From: Kiritimatiellia bacterium
GTDB taxonomy: Bacteria > Verrucomicrobiota > Kiritimatiellia > RFP12 > UBA1067
Direction of reading: 5' to 3'
NCBI GenBank assembly: GCA_050949565.1
Contig: JBMNFY010000017.1
Span: 1,824,001 to 1,888,000, forward strand
DNA: 64,000 bases
Part shown: positions 59,081-64,000 of the stretch, in pieces
Numbering within the stretch: the first letter of the stretch is position 1
How the letters are laid out: the number at the start of each line of letters is the position of its first letter
The notes under the pieces: generated by a model
Database searches by the model: none
Told to the model about the DNA's origin: nothing
Seen by the model: the letters and a program-made list of their open reading frames with translations, nothing else
Position numbers and translations under genes: made by a program

Positions 59081-60500
59081 TTATATCTAAGTCCTTGAAA
59101 ACAAAGGGGATGCGTCTCTGACGGGCGTGCCTGAAAGTGAAAAAGTGGTTTTCCTCCGCCGGTTCTGCCAAAATGGCGGTTCAACCAAAAACCAAAAACC
59201 GGAAAGGAAAACCGACGTGAATCATAGCGCAACGGCGTTCAAAGCGCGAGAGCAACTCAAGAATTTTTTGGGGGAACTTTCCCCCCGGTTTTCCAAGCCG
59301 CTCGGCAAGTTCGTGGGCGACATGGTCTACGGGATACAGGCGTCGCAGGACGTGAAGCTCAGCCGGATCGCCCGCGCGCTCGACGAGCCGATATCGATGA
59401 AGAAACTGGAGGACAGGCTGAGCCGGATGCTCGGGAGCGAGGGCATCGAGCAGGGGATTTCCGACGCTGTCGCCCGTCTGGGCTCGCGTCACGTCCATCA
59501 GGACACGCTGATCGTCATCGACCCGACCGACATCCGTAAGCTGTACGCGAAGAAGATGGAATATCTCGCCCGCGTCCGGGACGGGAGCACGGGGGAGATC
59601 GGCAACGGATACAGCGCCTGCCTGGCGGTCGCCTGCGAGAGCGGCGGCCGCCGGATCACGCCGTTGCACATGCGGCTGTGGTCGAGCGAGGCGGAGGGCT
59701 TCATCAGCCAGAACGACGAGGTGCTCGGCGTCATCGACCAGATCAGCTCCCGCGCGAAGAAGCGCGGCATCTACGTCATCGACCGCGGAGGCGACGGAGA
59801 CTGGCTGTTCGACGGCCTGGACCGGCGCAAACTGGACTACATCGTGCGCCTCGTGGGCAACCGCAACCTGCTCCACGGCCGGCGGACCGCGCTGGCCGAA
59901 GAACTGGCGGCATCCTGCCCCATGAAGCACATCGAGATCGTCACGAGGGAGACGGGGGACGGGGTGAAAAGCTATAAGCTGGAGTTCGGCGCCATGACCG
60001 TCGCCCTGCCGCAGAGGCCCGACAAGCCCCTGCGCATGGTCGTGGTGAAGGGGTTCGGCGAGCGGCCGATGCTCCTGCTGACCACGCTGGCCGGGACGAC
60101 GTCGCGCAAGTCCCTGTGGCAGGTCGTCGAGGGCTATCTGACGCGGTGGCGCGTCGAGGACGCGATCCGCTTCGTCAAGCAGAGCTACAACCTCGAGGAC
60201 ATCCGGGTCCTGACGTACCGGCGCCTGAAAAACATGGTCGCTCTGCTGCTGGCCGTCATCTACTTCAACTGCGTCTGGCTGGCCGGACGGCTGCGCTGCG
60301 AGATCCTGACGACCAACATCACCCACGCCGCCAAGCGCATCTACGGCGTGGCCGAGTTCCTCCACTACGCCGTCGCCGACGGCCTCGGGAGGCTCTTCAC
60401 GCGCCACGGGAAATGGTACGGCTACAAGCCGCCAGACCCCGAATCAAACCCGCTCGGACTGGTCTTTCTGGAATGACCAGATTTTTTGGGGAAACTCCTT
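59052..60500 (+). mobile_element. IS4-superfamily insertion sequence (~1449 bp)
   Basis: TIRs AAGGACTTTCCCCAAAAAATC / GATTTTTTGGGGAAACTCCTT (20/21). No target-site duplication is visible. Confidence 0.88.
59217..60476 (+). CDS. DDE transposase (IS4-type)
   Basis: IDPTD, IDRGGD and Y-x2-RW-x2-E-x6-K (YREK) motifs. GTG start after RBS AAGGA. Confidence 0.9.
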   Translation: MNHSATAFKAREQLKNFLGELSPRFSKPLGKFVGDMVYGIQASQDVKLSRIARALDEPISMKKLEDRLSRMLGSEGIEQGISDAVARLGSRHVHQDTLIVIDPTDIRKLYAKKMEYLARVRDGSTGEIGNGYSACLAVACESGGRRITPLHMRLWSSEAEGFISQNDEVLGVIDQISSRAKKRGIYVIDRGGDGDWLFDGLDRRKLDYIVRLVGNRNLLHGRRTALAEELAASCPMKHIEIVTRETGDGVKSYKLEFGAMTVALPQRPDKPLRMVVVKGFGERPMLLLTTLAGTTSRKSLWQVVEGYLTRWRVEDAIRFVKQSYNLEDIRVLTYRRLKNMVALLLAVIYFNCVWLAGRLRCEILTTNITHAAKRIYGVAEFLHYAVADGLGRLFTRHGKWYGYKPPDPESNPLGLVFLE

Positions 60501-60505
60501 GCGAA

Positions 60506-60543
60506 GTTGACCGTTGAGCGGTCAACAGGCGATGTGGTACTAT
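60506..60543 (+). promoter_or_regulatory. Palindromic operator and promoter upstream of rhamnulokinase
   Basis: GTTGACCG-N5-CGGTCAAC overlaps TTGAGC-N18-TACTAT, which has an extended TG. Confidence 0.55.
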
Positions 60544-60575
60544 CACGTAAACGTTTGGACTATCACGGAGGGGTT

Positions 60576-62081
60576 ATGGCTGAGAAGAAGTTGTTCGCAG
60601 TGGATTTGGGCGCGTCGGGCGGCAAATGTTTCATCGGGTTCTTTGGCGACGGCACGTTCCGCATGGAAGAGGTGCATCGCTTTGCGCACGAGGGGGTGTC
60701 CTTCTTCTTGCCGGACCGTACCGGCGCAGTAACGGAGCGCACCTATTGGGATGACACCGCGATTTACCAGAATATCGTCAAGGGCCTGCAAGCGGCGCGG
60801 CGCGCGTACGGCGATACGCTGGACGGCATCGGCATCGACACTTGGGGGGCGGACGGCCACTTGCTTACCCAGGACGGCGATCTGCTGGGCAAAGTCTATT
60901 GTTACCGCGACCACCGGCTCGATACCATGTGCGACGAGGTCAAAGCGCGCATTGACGCCGAGAAGGTCTACGCCATCACCGGCAACCATTTCCAGCCGTT
61001 CAACCAGTCTAACCAGCTTCTGTGGGTGGCCACACGTCGGCCGGAGCTGCTTAAACTCGCCAAGATCTATCTGCCGATCCCCGCGCTCTTTTACTACTAC
61101 CTCGGCGGATGCACGGCGGTGGATTCGACCTTCGCGAGTGTCACGCAGATGATGGACGCCAAAAGGGGCAAGTGGAGCCGGGAGATCCTGAAGGCGCTGG
61201 GTATCCCCAAGAAGTTGATGCCTGAGATCGTCAAGCCCGGTACGCGTGTCGGCACGCTGCAGCCCAAGTTGGCCGCTACCTGCGGTCTGAACGAGGTGCC
61301 TCTGATCGCGGTCGGCTCGCACGACACCGCCAGTGCCTTCGCCGCAGCGCCGGTTAAAAACACCAAAAAGGCGCTGATCATCAGTTCGGGTACGTGGTCG
61401 CTGGTCGGCAAGCTGATCAAGAAGCCCATCACCACGCCCGAGGCGATGGCGTACGGCCTGAGTAACGAAGGCGGTATTGGCAACACGCGTTTCCTGCGCA
61501 ACTGCATGGGCACGTGGATCGTGCAGGAGTTGCTGCGCGTGTGGGAGATTGCGGACGGCAAGCGCATGGAGTGGAAAGAGGTGGACACCATCACGCCCGC
61601 CGCACCGGCCTTCACGGCGTTTATCGATCCCGACGATCCGCGCTTCTACAACCCCGCCGACATGGAGCAGGCGATCCGTAGCTTCATCGCCGAGACCGGC
61701 CAGACCGCACCGGCTGACCGCGGCACGGTGTTGCGCTGCGTCTACGAGAGTCTGGCGCTCAAATACCGTTACGTCAACGAGATGATCAACCGCGTCACCG
61801 GTACCGAAACCACGGTCGTGCACATCGTGGGCGGCGGCAGCAACAACCCGCTGCTCAACCAGTTCACCGCCGATTCAGTCGGCGTGCCGGTCTTGGCCGG
61901 ACCAAAAGAGGCGACCGCCATCGGCAACCTCATGGTGCAGGCGATCGGCGCCGGGATCATTCCGGATCTCAAGGCCGCGATGCCGCTGATCAAAAACGCT
62001 TTTCCGATCGCCACCTTCAAGCCGCAGGATACAGCGGCTTGGAACGCGGCGTACGAACGCTTTACAAAACTGCTGAAGTAA
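60576..62081 (+). CDS. rhaB: Rhamnulokinase / FGGY sugar kinase
   Basis: AVDLGASGG, GIDTWGAD, YRDHR, SHDTASA, SSGTWSL, NEGG, VGGG and EATAIGN motifs. RBS GGAGG. Confidence 0.88.
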   Translation: MAEKKLFAVDLGASGGKCFIGFFGDGTFRMEEVHRFAHEGVSFFLPDRTGAVTERTYWDDTAIYQNIVKGLQAARRAYGDTLDGIGIDTWGADGHLLTQDGDLLGKVYCYRDHRLDTMCDEVKARIDAEKVYAITGNHFQPFNQSNQLLWVATRRPELLKLAKIYLPIPALFYYYLGGCTAVDSTFASVTQMMDAKRGKWSREILKALGIPKKLMPEIVKPGTRVGTLQPKLAATCGLNEVPLIAVGSHDTASAFAAAPVKNTKKALIISSGTWSLVGKLIKKPITTPEAMAYGLSNEGGIGNTRFLRNCMGTWIVQELLRVWEIADGKRMEWKEVDTITPAAPAFTAFIDPDDPRFYNPADMEQAIRSFIAETGQTAPADRGTVLRCVYESLALKYRYVNEMINRVTGTETTVVHIVGGGSNNPLLNQFTADSVGVPVLAGPKEATAIGNLMVQAIGAGIIPDLKAAMPLIKNAFPIATFKPQDTAAWNAAYERFTKLLK

Positions 62082-62096
62082 AAGGAATACCGCACG

Positions 62097-63473
62097 ATGA
62101 TGTCGCGTCTTTCTCTCTCCGCCGGGCTGATTGCCTTGGCGGGCCTCGTATCTGCCCAAGGGCTGCTTTCAAACAAGAACCCCGCCGTGTTGCTTGATGG
62201 CGTGGCCGCCTACGTCAACTCCGAGATGATCACCATCGGCGAGGTGATGAGCGAGGTGCGGCGCAGTCCATGGGCTGACACCGCGCCGGAGCTGCGCGAA
62301 AAGCGGTTGCGCGAGTTGTATGCCGCCACGCTCAACGCGTTGATCGACCGCAAGTTGATTCTGGCCGCCGCGCAAAAATCGAAGATGGAACTGCAATCCT
62401 GGGCGGTGGACAACCGCATCCGCGAAATCGTGGCCAACAACTTCGACGGTGACCAGACCAAACTGCACGACCTGCTGGCGGACCGCAAGATCTCTTTCGA
62501 GGAGTGGAAGAAGAACATTGAGGAGGACTTGCTGATCACGGCCATGCGCAAGATGGAATATCTCGCCCGCGTCCGGGACGGGAGCACGGGGGAGATCGGC
62601 AACGGATACAGCGCCTGCCTGGCGGTCGCCTGCGAGAGCGGCGGCCGCCGGATCACGCCGTTGCACATGCGGCTGTGGTCGAGCGAGGCGGAGGGCTTCA
62701 TCAGCCAGAACGACGAGGTGCTCGGCGTCATCGACCAGATCAGCTCCCGCGCGAAGAAGCGCGGCATCTACGTCATCGACCGCGGAGGCGACGGAGACTG
62801 GCTGTTCGACGGCCTGGACCGGCGCAAACTGGACTACATCGTGCGCCTCGTGGGCAACCGCAACCTGCTCCACGGCCGGCGGACCGCGCTGGCCGAAGAA
62901 CTGGCGGCATCCTGCCCCATGAAGCACATCGAGATCGTCACGAGGGAGACGGGGGACGGGGTGAAAAGCTATAAGCTGGAGTTCGGCGCCATGACCGTCG
63001 CCCTGCCGCAGAGGCCCGACAAGCCCCTGCGCATGGTCGTGGTGAAGGGGTTCGGCGAGCGGCCGATGCTCCTGCTGACCACGCTGGCCGGGACGACGTC
63101 GCGCAAGTCCCTGTGGCAGGTCGTCGAGGGCTATCTGACGCGGTGGCGCGTCGAGGACGCGATCCGCTTCGTCAAGCAGAGCTACAACCTCGAGGACATC
63201 CGGGTCCTGACGTACCGGCGCCTGAAAAACATGGTCGCTCTGCTGCTGGCCGTCATCTACTTCAACTGCGTCTGGCTGGCCGGACGGCTGCGCTGCGAGA
63301 TCCTGACGACCAACATCACCCACGCCGCCAAGCGCATCTACGGCGTGGCCGAGTTCCTCCACTACGCCGTCGCCGACGGCCTCGGGAGGCTCTTCACGCG
63401 CCACGGGAAATGGTACGGCTACAAGCCGCCAGACCCCGAATCAAACCCGCTCGGACTGGTCTTTCTGGAATGA
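62097..63473 (+). pseudogene. Chimeric ORF: SurA-type chaperone N-terminus fused in-frame to the C-terminal part of the transposase
   Basis: Signal peptide plus LDGVAAYVNSEMITIGEV..LIDRKLIL (SurA_N), then from 62550 KMEYLARVRDG.. identical to the transposase. Confidence 0.85.
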
Positions 63474-64000
63474 CCAGATTTTTTGGGGAAACTCCTTGCG
63501 AAGTTGACCGTTGAGCGGTCAACAGGCGATGTGGTACTATCACGTAAACGTTTGGACTATCACGGAGGGGTTATGGCTGAGAAGAAGTTGTTCGCAGTGG
63601 ATTTGGGCGCGTCGGGCGGCAAATGTTTCATCGGGTTCTTTGGCGACGGCACGTTCCGCATGGAAGAGGTGCATCGCTTTGCGCACGAGGGGGTGTCCTT
63701 CTTCTTGCCGGACCGTACCGGCGCAGTAACGGAGCGCACCTATTGGGATGACACCGCGATTTACCAGAATATCGTCAAGGGCCTGCAAGCGGCGCGGCGC
63801 GCGTACGGCGATACGCTGGACGGCATCGGCATCGACACTTGGGGGGCGGACGGCCACTTGCTTACCCAGGACGGCGATCTGCTGGGCAAAGTCTATTGTT
63901 ACCGCGACCACCGGCTCGATACCATGTGCGACGAGGTCAAAGCGCGCATTGACGCCGAGAAGGTCTACGCCATCACCGGCAACCATTTCCAGCCGTTCAA
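62550..64000 (+). repeat. Direct duplication of 59553-61003 (offset 2997 bp), including a partial second rhaB from 63573
   Basis: The two stretches look identical by eye up to the window end. Confidence 0.93.

Overview
GC-rich bacterial chromosome segment. Gene content and protein style point to the PVC superphylum, probably Kiritimatiellia or Lentisphaeria (inference). The housekeeping backbone is nfo, purM, alaS, recA, valS, rpmH-rnpA-yidD-yidC-maf, sbcDC, panD, a stand-alone PurH N-terminal domain, a two-subunit fumarate hydratase, pgsA and rhamnulokinase. It is interspersed with secreted glycoside hydrolases, two ~2000-aa autotransporter-repeat proteins, a hipBA module, a duplicated lemA-htpX unit and an IS4-type element. 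The most striking signal is a layered set of small repeats. (i) A ~100-bp palindromic element with terminal inverted repeats (TIRs) is inserted in-frame, in the same orientation and frame, inside two unrelated enzymes (SbcD and fumarate hydratase alpha), adding the same ~30-aa peptide to both. (ii) A second MITE-like family brackets a 6-kb giant gene. (iii) Several intergenic spacers are stacks of unrelated 6-9-mer tandem repeats and REP-like hairpins, some open in-frame with downstream genes. The right end carries an apparently exact duplication at a 2997-bp offset that creates a SurA-transposase fusion. Several genes have single indels or a nonsense codon, so some features may be assembly artefacts. 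I found no CRISPR array, rRNA or tRNA.
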